64,000 nt of DNA from Octopus vulgaris (GCA_951406725.2 OX597836.1:30504001-30568000); one strand, 5' to 3'; positions 11,319-24,723 are shown, numbered from the stretch's first letter. Notes: generated from the sequence alone by a model not told the origin. A program made the numbers and translations.

Positions 11319-11699
11319 TACTCACACAAAGGCATACCTTGACTTACACTCAATAACTGATTCCAAGATGTGCAACTTAATTAAAAAAAAAAAACCCCAC
11401 ATAACATGAAAACAAACTTTTAATAATTTTATAGCTCATATCCGTTTTAATAAATGATTTGTACATATTTTCACAGATATTTTATTTGATTTTCCACTTC
11501 TATATTGGTATTTAGATGGGTCTTTAAAAAATATTTATGCCTATTAAATGTGTTTACTGAGACTGACATGATCTCAGATAAATCGAATAAAGTTGAGGTT
11601 TATTCATTCCATAAATTTCTTTTTAAAAAATAACAAAGTTTAAAAAAGACATAACCTGAAATGATGTACGTTGAGGTCGATCTCAAATGAGATGATAGA

Positions 11700-12004
11700 G
11701 GGCTGAGATATGTGGTGCATTGCTGTACTCAAGAAGACCCTCCCACAACAGAATTGAGATCTTAGAACTAATTGCCACATAAAACATGGTGGTGCTGGTG
11801 TCATGTAAAAAGCACTGATAATAGTGCCATATAAAAAAGCACCCAGTACACTGTGGAGCAGCCTGTATAAGGAAGGCCATCCAGCTATAGAAACCAAGCC
11901 AAAACAGATTATGGAACCTGGTGCAGCTCCTGACTTTGCCAGTTGTTGTCAAGCCATCCAACCTATGCTGGCATGGAAAACAGACATTAAATGTTGATAA
12001 TGAT
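11700..12004 (+). mobile_element. Family C, degenerate
   Basis: aagcacccagtacac...aagccatccaacctatgctggcatggaaaacagacattaaatg. Confidence 0.7.
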
Positions 12005-13104
12005 ACACACACACACATCTCATGTGAGATATTATTTGTGATGTATATCAGTGAAAACTATAAACTTCAGATTGACCAAAAAACTGATGCTTAACAATCA
12101 AAGAATCTTGAGATGATTGTTCTGCACTAAAATACATGGGTGCTCCCTTGTATCGACTCTCCATTGTCAGAAACATAGTGAACCAGATGAGGGATGTAAT
12201 CTTCATTGACCACAGTATTCTTCAAGTATTTATTAACTCTAAAGCACATAATAATGGAACAATGCCCTACAAAACCCATAATTGACAAGGTATCCTGTGC
12301 ATCTGCCCATCATTTTGCCTGAGGCAAATATAACAAGAGGAAGAGAAAAAATGTTCAGACGTGACTTTAGAACAAGAATTATAAATGAAATATGTTATAA
12401 ATATTCTTTCAAATGTTCAGTTATTCACTTATATAAAACTTTCTTTCTAGCTCCTCTTCTTCCAACTATCTCTCTCTCTGATTTATGTGAATACACATTA
12501 AGACATGACAATTTAACATGTCAGCATGTTTATCAAGCATAAAAACTGCATGAATTGTTGGTCTATTTAAATTTCAAGTAATACTCTTTTTAAAAAGTAA
12601 ATCTTTTACTTCCATTTTTATTTTCTCTTTTGCTTAAATAATTCACAAACACCATCTGGTTTGAGAATTGGTTTTGTTGTTGCTGAGGTTTTGTTGCATA
12701 TATCCCAGTCCCAGGTGATCTCTGTTAAAGCAAACCTATGATCAAAGATATTTCAGCCACAACCACGTGATTTTTTGTTATATATATATAGGCAGTGATG
12801 GTCACGGCTGAAACATTTTAAATCAAAGGTTTATTTTATCAGGACTGACTTGTAGCTAAACAATCATAACAAAGACCAAAATTTCAAAACTATCCAGCCA
12901 GAAACTTCACTTTTTATCTATGAATCTTCTTCATCTTCAATTACTACTACTACTACTACTACTACTGCTACTACTAATTAACAGAAACTTTCCTTCTTCA
13001 AGTGAACTACAGAAATAATGCATTCACAGGCCAAAAAAACCTTAAAGAGGTTGCTTGGACTTCTAGAAATAACAACCAAGCCTCTAAGTTCACACTTTGG
13101 TGAT

Positions 13105-13325
13105 TTAACCCTTAACCATTCAAATTACTATCAAGTTTAATGTTTATTATTTACAATTTTGAATTAATAATACGTTATCTTGTAGCTTCGAGATTTTGAT
13201 GATGTGATTGTGTTTTTAGAATGATATTGTAGGGCAAGTGTGAGTGGCCCGATCTAGTTGGTTTGAATATAAAACAGGTAGAATATTTGGACTGGATACG
13301 GCCGGTTTAAACTCTAAAGGATCAA
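13105..13325 (-). mobile_element. piggyBac-like TTAA MITE (~220 bp), inserted into a family E copy
   Basis: ttaa|CCCTT..AAAGG; internal 'aaaacaggtagaatatttgg..ggatacggccggtttaaa' shared by at least 6 copies. Confidence 0.75.
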
Positions 13326-13440
13326 GAAAAAACCATACTAGACAGCAATGTAGGTGCAGGCACTTCTGAAAGTGACAGTATAGTCATGACTGGAATGCCT
13401 TATTCTATCAGGGGTTTGTTGGATCAGGATTAACCTAGAA

Positions 13441-13524
13441 CAGTACAGCTGGTCAAATACAAAGGAAGAGAGGAGCTAATTCAGTACAGCTGATCAAATA
13501 TAAAGGAAGAGAGAAATAAATTCA
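13441..13524 (+). repeat. ~41-bp tandem duplication
   Basis: cagtacagctggtcaaatacaaaggaagagag... repeated as cagtacagctgatcaaatataaaggaagagag. Confidence 0.85.
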
Positions 13525-14272
13525 ATAAGACAGAGTGATCACATCTGGAATGACTTTCATCATAGATCTGTTCAATCAGGACTGGCCTGGGACTACACAT
13601 GAACATATACACACACACACACGTATTCACTGCAATAATTAAATAGAAAATAAATTAAATGATAGAGTCAATTCAAATTAGAAATTAGCAAAAATGAAAC
13701 CTAACTGAAATTTGCATGAAATTATGTATGCTTATGTAGATCTTCTGCCCAAAGGAACACCCATTTGCTAATTAATTTGGCAGTTGTAGACTAGTTGAAC
13801 AGAGCTGGTTTATAACGAGCTTGACTTAAATGAAATTAAGCTAACATAAGAATTAGCTATGTTAGAAATGTATTGACAAATAATTTCCTTATTGCATTAT
13901 GGATACCATTAGATTCTGGCTTAACAATTGTTGCAACTACAACGTTAATGATTCTTAACATGGGCACAAGAGTGAGTATCAGTTACAAATTACAGAAAGA
14001 GGAATAGAGTTGCTTATACCAGACACCTCCAATACTTGACTGGCTCTTACTTTATTAACCCATAAAGACAGTGAAATGTAGAAATCTGCCTTACCATGAT
14101 TTGAACAGAAAATGTAAAGGCCCATGACAAAATACTGCACTGCATTTTGTCCAATGTTCTATCAATTCTGTCACTTCAGAATTTAATCCAAATTCTCCAA
14201 ATTTATGAGCTATCAAGGGAGCCACTATGTGATAACTCAATGTTCTAGATAGACATAAAGCTCAAATCTCCC

Positions 14273-14499
14273 TTAACCCCTTAGTATTTAAACCGGCCAT
14301 ATCCAGCCAAAATAGCTAATCTGTTTTATGTTCAAACTGACCAGATCCAGGCCCTCACACCTACCCTACAATGTTATTCTACATTAAGTAATTACACCAT
14401 CAAGATCTTGAAGATATGAGATAATGCATGATTAATTCAAATCAATGGGAATCAATAAGCATTATGTTTGATAGAATAATCTGAACACTAAAGAGTTAA
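14273..14499 (+). mobile_element. piggyBac-like TTAA MITE
   Basis: TTAA on both sides; CCCCTTAG..TAAAAGAG termini. Confidence 0.8.
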
Positions 14500-15018
14500 A
14501 TTACACTTTACTTTATCATAGGTCTGCTTGATTAGGGCTGATCTGGATCTAAACAACAATACAAACTTTTCTTCTAAACAGGATACACATTATTTTGGTA
14601 CACACAAAGTATGATTAGATTTTATCTGCATAAAATAAAAGGTGGGGGAACCTGTCAAATTAGAATCAGAAATTACATGAAATTTCTTTCCATTTAGTCA
14701 TGATATCAATCTCGGTTTTATGAAATCGTTGACAATGGACTATGAGAGTAAGAGAGAAAGGTTTCATTCACATTTAATAATTAACATTGTGTATTCATCT
14801 ATAGTCATGCTAAGGAGAGTATGGAAGCAAGGAGCTGTCAACAGATAGAAAGTTCCAAAACTGAGACACTGGCACGAGACGTGGTCCTCTGACCTGTTGG
14901 ATCCTGTCAAACCATCCAAATTATGCCAGCATGGAAAGCTGACACGAATTTTGATGATGATAATTTTGTTCATAATTTTGAAGATACAACAAAATAATGA
15001 ATAAATATTTGAAAAAGA

Positions 15019-15402
15019 ACAGGTATGGCTGTGTGGCAAAAAGTTTGCTTCCCAACCACATAGTTCTGGGTTATGTCTTACCACATAGCACCTTCGGCAA
15101 GTGTATTCTACTATAGATCCAGACTGACTAAGTGCTTGTGAATGGATTTGGTAGACAGAAACTGAAACAAGCCCACCGTGCATGTGTGTGTGCCTTTGTG
15201 TTTATCCCCCATCACTGCTTGACAACTGGTGTTGGTTTGTTTACATTTCCATAACTTAAGCAGTTTGACAATAAGAGACTAATTGAATAAGTGCAAGGCT
15301 TAAAAAAGGAAAAAAAGTACTGGGGTTGATTTGTTTGACTAAAGCCTTCCAGGCCTTGCCCCAACAAGTCACAGACCAATGAGTGAAACATGTAACAGAT
15401 AA
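15019..15402 (+). mobile_element. SINE family A, older full-length copy
   Basis: Head, CORE-like part, (TG)n and tail all present. Confidence 0.8.
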
Positions 15403-16321
15403 AAAATATTTACTTAAAGGGAAATATTTATTTTCCCTGCAACCATATGATACTTAGTCCTCGTTATTGCTTTTGTTGTTGCTAAGCCCCTACGATCAAA
15501 GACACTTCACTCGTTTTAGGGATATTCCCAGGGGCCTCATTAACCAATATATTCTTTCTTCATCTAAGATAACAGGGTAGAACTTTGGCAGATTCGGAAG
15601 TTATTTCTCATGCATTGAACAACCAGAAGACACTAAACTCCTCCCTCAGTGGTTCATTTTACACAATACTTAGTTAATAGTCACACACAATAGTTAGTAA
15701 ATGTGGCAAGCAAGAAAATATCTAAACAGAACCAACTTGCCTCTTCATTATAATTATCAATATCCTCAATAATGGAGTAGTTTTGAGTAGTTTTATAAAT
15801 TGGAATGCAATCAGTTAATGTCAATTAACGATACGATGCACCAAAATAGCAAGCTGTTCAGGAAAATTCCAGATTTCACATAAACAATATTGCAGAAAAT
15901 GACAGGTTTTCAATTAGTAATATATAAAAATCATTTTCTCGTCAATAACTCGGGAATTCTATAGTTAAGCAATTTAAAAAAGATTGCTGAAAATTATCCT
16001 CAGTTTACATATTTTCAAATTTATACAGAATGTGGACACTTGTATGTACATTTGACATTCCTCATTACTCTTGCTTGATCTACTACAATCAAACTTATCT
16101 AAATAGAACTGTACTTTCACGAGCTATGCTGTATCTGTAAAAGAAACATTCTCATCCTGAATATAACACATATATTTACACATCAATTATTGATTTCTAA
16201 GTTTGACACAAGCTACATCAATTTTCTGGTTGCATATAGTTGATTAAAATTGATCCCTACAAAGGGGACATAACTCAATGTCCTGATTTATGCTAATATA
16301 CACAGACACTTATACGCCAAA

Positions 16322-16334
16322 ATGTGTGTGTGTG

Positions 16335-16422
<88 letters not shown>
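16322..16422. repeat. (TG)n(CT)n(TA)n compound microsatellite
   Basis: Read directly. Confidence 0.95.
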
Positions 16423-16424
<2 letters not shown>

Positions 16425-16937
16425 TGATGGTTGTGGATTTCTGTCATTCAGCAACAAGGATTTAGTTGTTCAATCAACCGAATAACCTGTACATTGCATT
16501 AACATCTGTAGCTGAACATTCCACAGTTATGTGTACCCTTTACTTAATTCTCAGGCAGAATCAGTGTGATAAGGTTGGGCCTTGAAATTACAGACATAAT
16601 CCACCTATACAGTTTCCATCTACCCAGTTTCACTACAAACATATAGTGTTGACCCAAGGTTAAAGAAATTTCATCTGCCCAAGATGCCATGTAGTGGGAT
16701 TGAACACAAGACCTTAAGGTTGCAAAACAAACATCTTAATCATTCAGCCATATTACATTTATATGTATGTGTATGCATATTGTCATCATCATTATTTAAT
16801 GTCCATTTTCCATACTGGCATGGGTTGGACAGTTTGAAAAAAGGTGGTAAGCCAAAGGGCTGTGCCCAGCTTCATTGCCTATTTTGACATGGTTTCTATG
16901 GCTAACAACAGTGTGTGTGAGTGTGTGTATGTAAAGA

Positions 16938-17408
16938 AGCATGGCCTAGCGGTTAGGGTGTTGCACTCAAGATCACTAGATCATGGGTTCAATTCCTGGA
17001 CCAAGCAGCGAGTTGTGTTCTTGAGCAAAACATTTGATTGCACATTACTCCAATCAACTGTCAGACAAAATGACTCCTGGTGCCTTGTTGCATTCAAGAA
17101 GACCTGTCTTCCACAGTAGAAGTGTTAAGGCCACTTCCCCTGGTGAAGAGGATTGTGCAAGAGTCCTGTGCTGGTGCCACATAAAAAAACACTTGTGTCA
17201 CTTCCACATAAAAGTGCACATGGCAGTGCCATGTTAAAAACACACAACACACACACTGTAAAGTGGTTGGCGATAGGAAAGCCGTTGAACTGTAGAAACC
17301 AAGCAAAATCAGACTGGAGCCTGGTACAGCTCTCCAGCTTGCCAGCTCTGCTCGAACTGTCCAACCCATGTCAGCATGGAAAACAGACATTAAAGGATGA
17401 TAATGATG
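16938..17408 (+). mobile_element. tRNA-headed SINE joined to a family C body and RTE-type tail
   Basis: A box TGGCCTAGCGG, B box GGTTCAATTCC, 'tgtgttcttgagcaaaaca', then the family C 3' part ending in (gat)n. Confidence 0.65.
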
Positions 17409-18120
17409 AAAAACATGATAGGATTTTTTAAATATTAAATGGTTATGAGGGTCCAACCAAGAAAAATAGGAATCAAAAGGGTTCTATAAATAAAAAAAAA
17501 ACAATGGTTGAGAACCGCTAACATAGAGGCTCCCTTGTTAGTTTGATACAAACCAAATTTATTACCAATATTATGAACATTTGAATACTGACAGTATTTA
17601 TTTAATAATAAAAAGAAGACTCGTCTATTTGCTCACAGATGCTTAGAGAATAGAGAGGATATAAATGGTTTATTGTATGTATCTAGTTTGATATTTTACT
17701 ATTCTGAGTTCAAATCCCACCGGGGTTTCACGTTTGCATTTTTATTCTTCAGAGATTGAGAAAGTAAGTAGCTTTAATATATTGAGGTCAATTCAATCAA
17801 ATATACTCCCTACAGATAGAGGAAAATCAAGAGAAATCAATATTTATTTAGCAATTGTCTATCAGAGTGAGTATACTAACATTTACAGCACTGACTTGCT
17901 ATTTTTATAAGAGATATACAGGTATATAGTATTGTGGTTAAAAAGTTTGCTTTTGCAACCACATCTCTGTAATAGATCCCACTGTGCAGCTCCTTAAGTG
18001 TCCTCTGCTGTAACCTTAGGTTGACCAATGTTTTGAAATCAATATGGAAGGAAGGAAGGAAGGAAGGAGAAAAGAAAGATAGTGACATATACATGTTTGT
18101 GTTGGTCCATGTACACTGAT

Positions 18121-18158
<38 letters not shown>

Positions 18159-19077
18159 CTGTGGGCTTACAGTGTTTGCTTCAGAACCATGTGGTTCTAG
18201 GTTCCATCCCACTGCATGGTACCTTGTAGAAGAGTGCTCTACCATAACCTCAAGCTGACCAGTACTTTATGAAACTAATAGGCAGAAACCGTATGGAAGC
18301 CTGTTGTGTGTATGTGTGTACACGTGCACACACATATACACATGTGCAATTGCATGCATAGACACATGCACATACATTATTTGCTACATCTTTGCAAAAG
18401 ACACCATGAATGACAGTGGTGTTATATTTACATCTCCTGTAAACAAACATCCTTTACCTCAATAGTTTCAGTACCCAAAGACCATTAAAGTAGAAGAAAT
18501 ATGTAGGTTGAAGAAGAAGGATTAGCAACAGGAAAGGCATCCATTGAAGGAATACTGCCTTAATATGTCTCGTCCAACACAGGAAAAACAAATATTAAAA
18601 AAGGATGATGAGACAGTGTGTCTGTCTTGTATCAATTTGTTTGCTAGCATATATTGACATATTAAGTTGCAGAGTTTTATATAAAAAATTGTGACTCTGC
18701 CTTTCAACAATTAGATATCGATAAAATAAATAAAAGAGAAATACAGAAGTTAATATGCTCAATGAAACAGAAAGGAGGTACTCCAGCATGACCACATCCT
18801 AATGTATAAAACCACTGAAAGAAAATATAAAGGTACATTATTTCAATGCACCACTTTTTGGTTGTTTGATGCAGTTATCTCTTCTTACTATGATTTCTGC
18901 GAAGTCTAGAATTTTAGCATTCAAAACTTTCACTTTAATTCTAATTAACTGAAGAGAATTATTAAATGTTACAATTATTATTCAATGTTACATGAAAAAG
19001 CATCACCACAAGGTTAAGCTGTGTGTGTGTATGTGTGTGTACATGTGCTCACATATATATATACATGTGCAATTGCA

Positions 19078-19111
<34 letters not shown>

Positions 19112-20267
19112 TTATTTGCTACATATAATGTAAGTTGACCTTGATGGAATTTGAACCGAGAACATAAAGATGGACAAAATGCAGATAAGTATTTTATCCA
19201 GCAGCTTACCAATTCTACTAGCTTGCTGCCTTAGCAATAAATATTACTAATACTAATAATCAAACTTTTACTGAAATTTTAATACAGTATTTAAAATAGT
19301 AACAGAATAGTTATGTTAGTGCTAACATATTTAATGAAAGAGCATGAAAAATTAATTAGTAATAATTATGTGGTGAAGAAGAGACAACATTAGATTAATG
19401 ACTAACAAAATTTTAATCAAATGGGCAAGCATGAGACTAATTGTACACATGTTTCAGTTTTATTAAACTTCTTCAGTAATACATAGTCTTCATCATGCTT
19501 GCTGAAGAGGTTATGGCAGAATTACTAAGTAGCTGACCAGGCATGGAAATTTGGCTTATTCCAAAAACTAAATCATTGATGTTAATTATTCAAAGACACC
19601 ATCTAAAAATTAAAATCTGTAGTTAGCTAATTAAAAGAAAATAAAACAGTAATATTAATTTCTTAGGGAAGCCATCTGCATACAAACCAGTGTTAACATA
19701 TTCAATGTACTCAAAAACCTATATATAGCAGTTGACCATGTCTTCCTTACACAAAATAGATCATATATTAAGTTATAGGTATACATAGTACAATTTAAAA
19801 GGGAGGGACACACATTTGTAAACAGAATGATGCAATCCTGGATACAGGAGGAAGTCTGCATGGAAAGCAACAATCCCACCAGGTCCTAATTCTGTATTTG
19901 TGCTTCCACGGTTACCATGGATTTTATGCCAATATTGGCCTAATAAGCTACCTCAAGATATTCACAAAGCGTAAAGTTGCTAATCTGGTCATCTTCAGAG
20001 ATATCAAGAACAAATATCATATATGTTAAAAACTAGAGTGGCATTGATCATGGGGTTCAATGTATTTAATCATAGGTCTACTCCAGCAGAGCTTATCTTG
20101 GGCTAAACAGCAACATTAACTCATAAGGAATATAGCCACGAAAGGGTTAAAATAGCCAACACTGACAATGTTTAAATATATACACAAGAATCTGGAGAAG
20201 GCGGAATAGGAATTGTGGAAGTGGAGCTGCTATGGAACTTCAGGCTGAAGAATTCAAAAAGAATTGA

Positions 20268-20366
20268 TTAACAGACAGAGCTTTCAGAAAGAGAATTTAT
20301 TCTTCTGCTGTCGCTGCCACCGTTTCTTCCTTTACTGTACCATCTTCTTAACATTTTAAAAATTAT
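20268..20366 (-). other. Candidate terminal exon in GC-richer unique DNA (IIFKMLRRWYSKGRNGGSDSRRINSLSESSVC*; alternative frame EDGTVKEETVAATAEE*)
   Basis: gtgtgtttcag| acceptor followed by a purine-rich, CpG-containing non-repeat stretch; frame ambiguous. Confidence 0.2.
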
Positions 20367-21040
20367 CTGAAACACACTTCACTCTCTAAAGAACTGTGCT
20401 CATATACAAACATACATTGAATAATAGAACATTAAAGAAATATTTTAAAAAAATAAACAGTAATGTAAAGTTTGATAGAACAACTTCACAACATATTCCC
20501 AAATGAGTTACTGTAAATACATGCGTTTTTAGACACATGCCTGCACATACAGATGCACATGCGCACAACACATTTGTGAAATAATGTATAAATATGTATA
20601 CACATAAATTTATGTCTACATACATGTGTATGTATATGTGAGAGAGAGAGAGAGAGCTTCCACCCACTCACATTCGCTCATAAGGCATTTGTTCAGTGAT
20701 CATGTTGACAGACCAAATATAAAATCTTTATACAGGACTAAATTAAAAGCAATACAATGAAATATAGCAGAGAAAATATATTATATAATTTAGAAGTGAA
20801 CAGGTTTCAGCTGAATATTGAAAATGGATTGCTCACTCTTCCACTATCTAGAGAAAGTAGCCAAATTTCCCCCTCATCACACCCAACCATCTTAAAGAAT
20901 GAAGAGCAACATTGGATAATAATGGACTTCTAAATATACTAAATTGGGGAAAGAATGTTATGGTCACATCTAGAATGATTCTGATCATGTAACTGCTTGA
21001 TCGAAGCTGACCTGGTGCTAGACAGCAACTTCAGCATCAT

Positions 21041-21237
21041 ACTCTTTTACTTGTTTCAGTCATTTGACTGCGGCCATGTTGGAGCACCACCTTTAGTCGA
21101 GCAAATCGACCCCCAGGACTTATTCTCTGTACTTATTCTATTGGTCTTTTTGCAAAACCGCTCGGTTACGGCGATGTAAACACACCAGCATTGGTTGTCA
21201 AGCGATGTTGGGGGGACAAACACAGACACACAAACAT

Positions 21238-21270
<33 letters not shown>

Positions 21271-21444
21271 CATACACACATATATACGAGGGGCTTCTTT
21301 CAGTTTCCGTCTACCAAATCCATTTACAAGGCTTTGGTTGGCCCATGGCTATAGTAGAAGACACTTGCCCAAGGTGCCACACAGTGGGACTGAACCTGGA
21401 ACCATGTGGTTCGTAAGCAAGCTACTTACCACACAGCCACTCTT
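21041..21444 (-). mobile_element. SINE family A, young full-length copy
   Basis: Near-identical (reverse complement) to 34160-34564 and 46536-46963. Confidence 0.9.
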
Positions 21445-22499
21445 ACTCATTTTTGCCAGCTAAGTGGACCCCTACTTTCAAGAAAAGTGGGACACACGGG
21501 ATACAGTAATAGCATCTATGAGAAAAAAAACCATATGATCATTGTCAGGGCATTACTGACCATAGGTCAGCTTAATTGCAGTGGAGCTGTGACCAAAAAA
21601 GAAAGCACCAATGATGACGTCAATGATGATTCTAATAATGGTGATGGTAACAAGAATGGAGATGATGATGATGATAGTAATGATCATGATGGTGATGATG
21701 GTCACCAGAATCAACATAATGGTGATCGTGATGGTACTGTTTATATTACAATTTGTTATAACTTAAGAAGACACAAAATCTATTTGTCAAATGCAACCAA
21801 AATGTCAAAGCCAAGTCTTCTATCTCACACACACAAATACATAAACACAAACACACACACACACATATATATATAAATAGAGAGTGAGAGATACACATCT
21901 TACATTATAAATATTTATACACATACACACACACACAACTTATATTATAAATATGCAATACACACACATACATATGTATACATACTTACATCTATCTTGC
22001 ATAGAAATATTTCCTTCAGCAAAATATCACAGATTTATGTGATATTTTGCTATTTTGCTGTACCGATCAATATAACTACAGAACAGAATATCTTGCATAC
22101 ATGAAAACAATGTACAATAATGAGCTTGGGTCATTGGCTCATAAACTGAAGTGACCAATCTAGAAGCACAATGAAATACATACAATGGACATGAACTTAT
22201 TATGAATAATGAGTTTAATAGTCACAGGCATGGCCATGTGGTTCACTTTGCAATTATGCAGCATCAGGTTCCATCTCAAGGCATGGAACCTTGTGCAAGT
22301 GTTTTATACCATAAATTTGGATTGACTAATAACATGTAAATACAATTTGGTATATAGAAAATATGCAGACCCTATTATAAGTGTTTGTCGTGTTGTATGC
22401 ATTTATGCCCAAGCTCTGATCTGAGGAGAACTTTGTCCTTCTCCCCCAACAGTCTCAAAGGTCTTGAAGAGTGTCAAAAGAACTGTCTTCACCCTCTAA

Positions 22500-22765
22500 G
22501 CCATCGACCCCATGACTTATTCTTTATAAGCCTAGTACTTATTCTATCAGTTCTTTTGTTGAACTACTAAGTTACAGGGATGTAAACACACCAACATCGG
22601 TTGTCAAGCAATGGTTGGGGGACAAACACAGACACAAAGACACACACATAAATATATACATATATGACAGGCTTCTTTCAGTTTCCATCTACCAAATCCA
22701 CTCACAAGGCTTTGGTTGGCCCAAGGTTATAGTAGAAGACACTTGCTCAAGGTGCCATGCTGTGA
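22500..22765 (-). mobile_element. SINE family A, internal fragment
   Basis: Matches the family A body. Confidence 0.8.
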
Positions 22766-22978
22766 GAGGAGGTATAAGATGAAGAAATTTATTGCCTCAA
22801 TTGACATCCATAAAAACAATCATTTGTAACCCGATACATTAAAAGGGCTTTTTTTTATGAGTACCACTAGATTAATTATATCCATATACTGTATATGTTA
22901 AATTTTATATGTGTGTGTATGTGCATGTATTTTATACTTCCAATTTGTTTACTTACCCTTCTTGAAACTATCTCTTAA

Positions 22979-23009
<31 letters not shown>

Positions 23010-23212
23010 GTGCACTGAGTAAGAAGATAACATATTTCACTCATCTTCAAAACAGGAAGTTGTTGATGTGAAGTTATCAACAACACTGATTTCAGTAGAT
23101 CTATCTAAAAAATGTAGACAAACATGAGTTCATGCACACTCACTCACATATGTATGCACATGCATAGAGATGTATAAAGTTTGTGTGTGTACATGTGTGT
23201 ATTATTAGTGCT

Positions 23213-23486
23213 AGAAGCAGTATTAATATCAAAAGGTAATCTTTATATCCAACTAAACATGGATGCCTTGTTAAAACACCAAATATTGTGTTATTAGCCT
23301 TGAGAGATCTTCCCATATAGGCGCTTGGTGCATAAAAGCAGGCACACACCATAACTGGAAAAATTCATCAGTTAAGGATGTCATCTGCTTAGATTTCTGT
23401 ATGTGAATTTATGCACCAAGTGCTTATATGAGAGGATCTCTCAAGGCTAATAATGCAATATTTGGTGTTCTAACAAGGCAATCATG

Positions 23487-23488
<2 letters not shown>
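23213..23488. mobile_element. Foldback/MITE-like element with 81-bp inverted arms
   Basis: 23256-23336 pairs ungapped with 23408-23488 (72/81 by hand); homologous to 28819-29110. Confidence 0.85.
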
Positions 23489-23575
<87 letters not shown>

Positions 23576-23595
23576 ATAGATAGACAGACAGACAG
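23489..23595. repeat. (TA)n(TAGA)n(CAGA)n microsatellite
   Basis: Read directly. Confidence 0.95.
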
Positions 23596-23750
23596 AAAAG
23601 AGATAGGTGTGGCTGCTGTGCATCTCAGTCAAATGTCTTCTACTTTAGCCGAAGGCCAATCCAAGCCTTGTACATTCTGTACACAGAAACTGAAAAAGGC
23701 CTATTATATATATATGTATATAGATAACAGATATTTTATACACACACACA

Positions 23751-24130
23751 CAGAGTGTGTGGGATTTCAAAACTATTAGCGACACTACACATTTCATAAT
23801 CATGTTGAATAAGAGACCAACAAATAAAGTTTACATACAGTTTAGCACAGTTCTGTGTGGCTTCCACTTGTTGCCTTACACACATCTAATACTCCAGTTC
23901 TTGCCTCACATGATGAAGAATATCAGGTGTGACAGATTGAACAGTGTCACTGATTCTCTCCTTTAGGTGCTCAATATCAGTAACAAGAACACTGTACACA
24001 CACTGCTTGACATAGCCCTAGAGGTAAAAATCTAAATGGCATAAGGTTTGATAATCATAGAGGCCATGCCTATCATCCACCACTTCCTATTCACTACTGT
24101 GAAAATATCCTATCCAGAAAATCACGGGCA
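23751..24130 (-). pseudogene. Tc1/mariner transposase C-terminal remnant with terminal end
   Basis: Decayed WIGRGG..WPPRSPDLTPLDFFLWG-type motif (IGSGG*AWPL*LSNLMP..), then VTDIEHLKERISDTVQSVTPDILHHVRQELEY..CKATSGSHTE. Confidence 0.7.
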
Positions 24131-24392
24131 ATTAGTTGGTCTCTTATTCAACATATTTATAAACTGCACAGAGTTGCAAGTTACACGAAAACATTTAATT
24201 TCACATTACTCCAGTTGACTCAGCTGTAAATGGGTAACCTTGTGGCAGACTGGCATCATGTTCATGGGGGAATGTTGGTCTGCTCATCTGACCATTGGGG
24301 GTAGTATCATTTAAAGGCAACAGCAATGCAAGGAAGTGCCTTGTGACCAGCGGTGTATAACCACATTCAATAGCATGGTCAATACAGCAATA

Positions 24393-24425
<33 letters not shown>

Positions 24426-24688
24426 TCATTTTAAGCATCCATTTTTCTTTGCTTGTATGGAACAAATGGAATTAATCTATACAGATTTTCTACAGTCAGA
24501 TACCCTTTCTGTTGCCAAAACAGGTAGTATTTCTCTATAATCAAACATGTTTACAAGGAAGAGTGGAAATGAAGGACACCATTTATGCAATGTTGCTACA
24601 CATAATAACTTATACATATCTAAACACATACATACATATATATGTGTGTGTATGTATATACTCATACAACATACAAATAAATATACAG

Positions 24689-24723
<35 letters not shown>

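Noticed and set aside
21406-21876. 156-aa ORF with a D/N/G-rich tract
   Set aside because: Starts inside a SINE and crosses a degenerate (GAT)n repeat and (CA)n; no splice or codon support.
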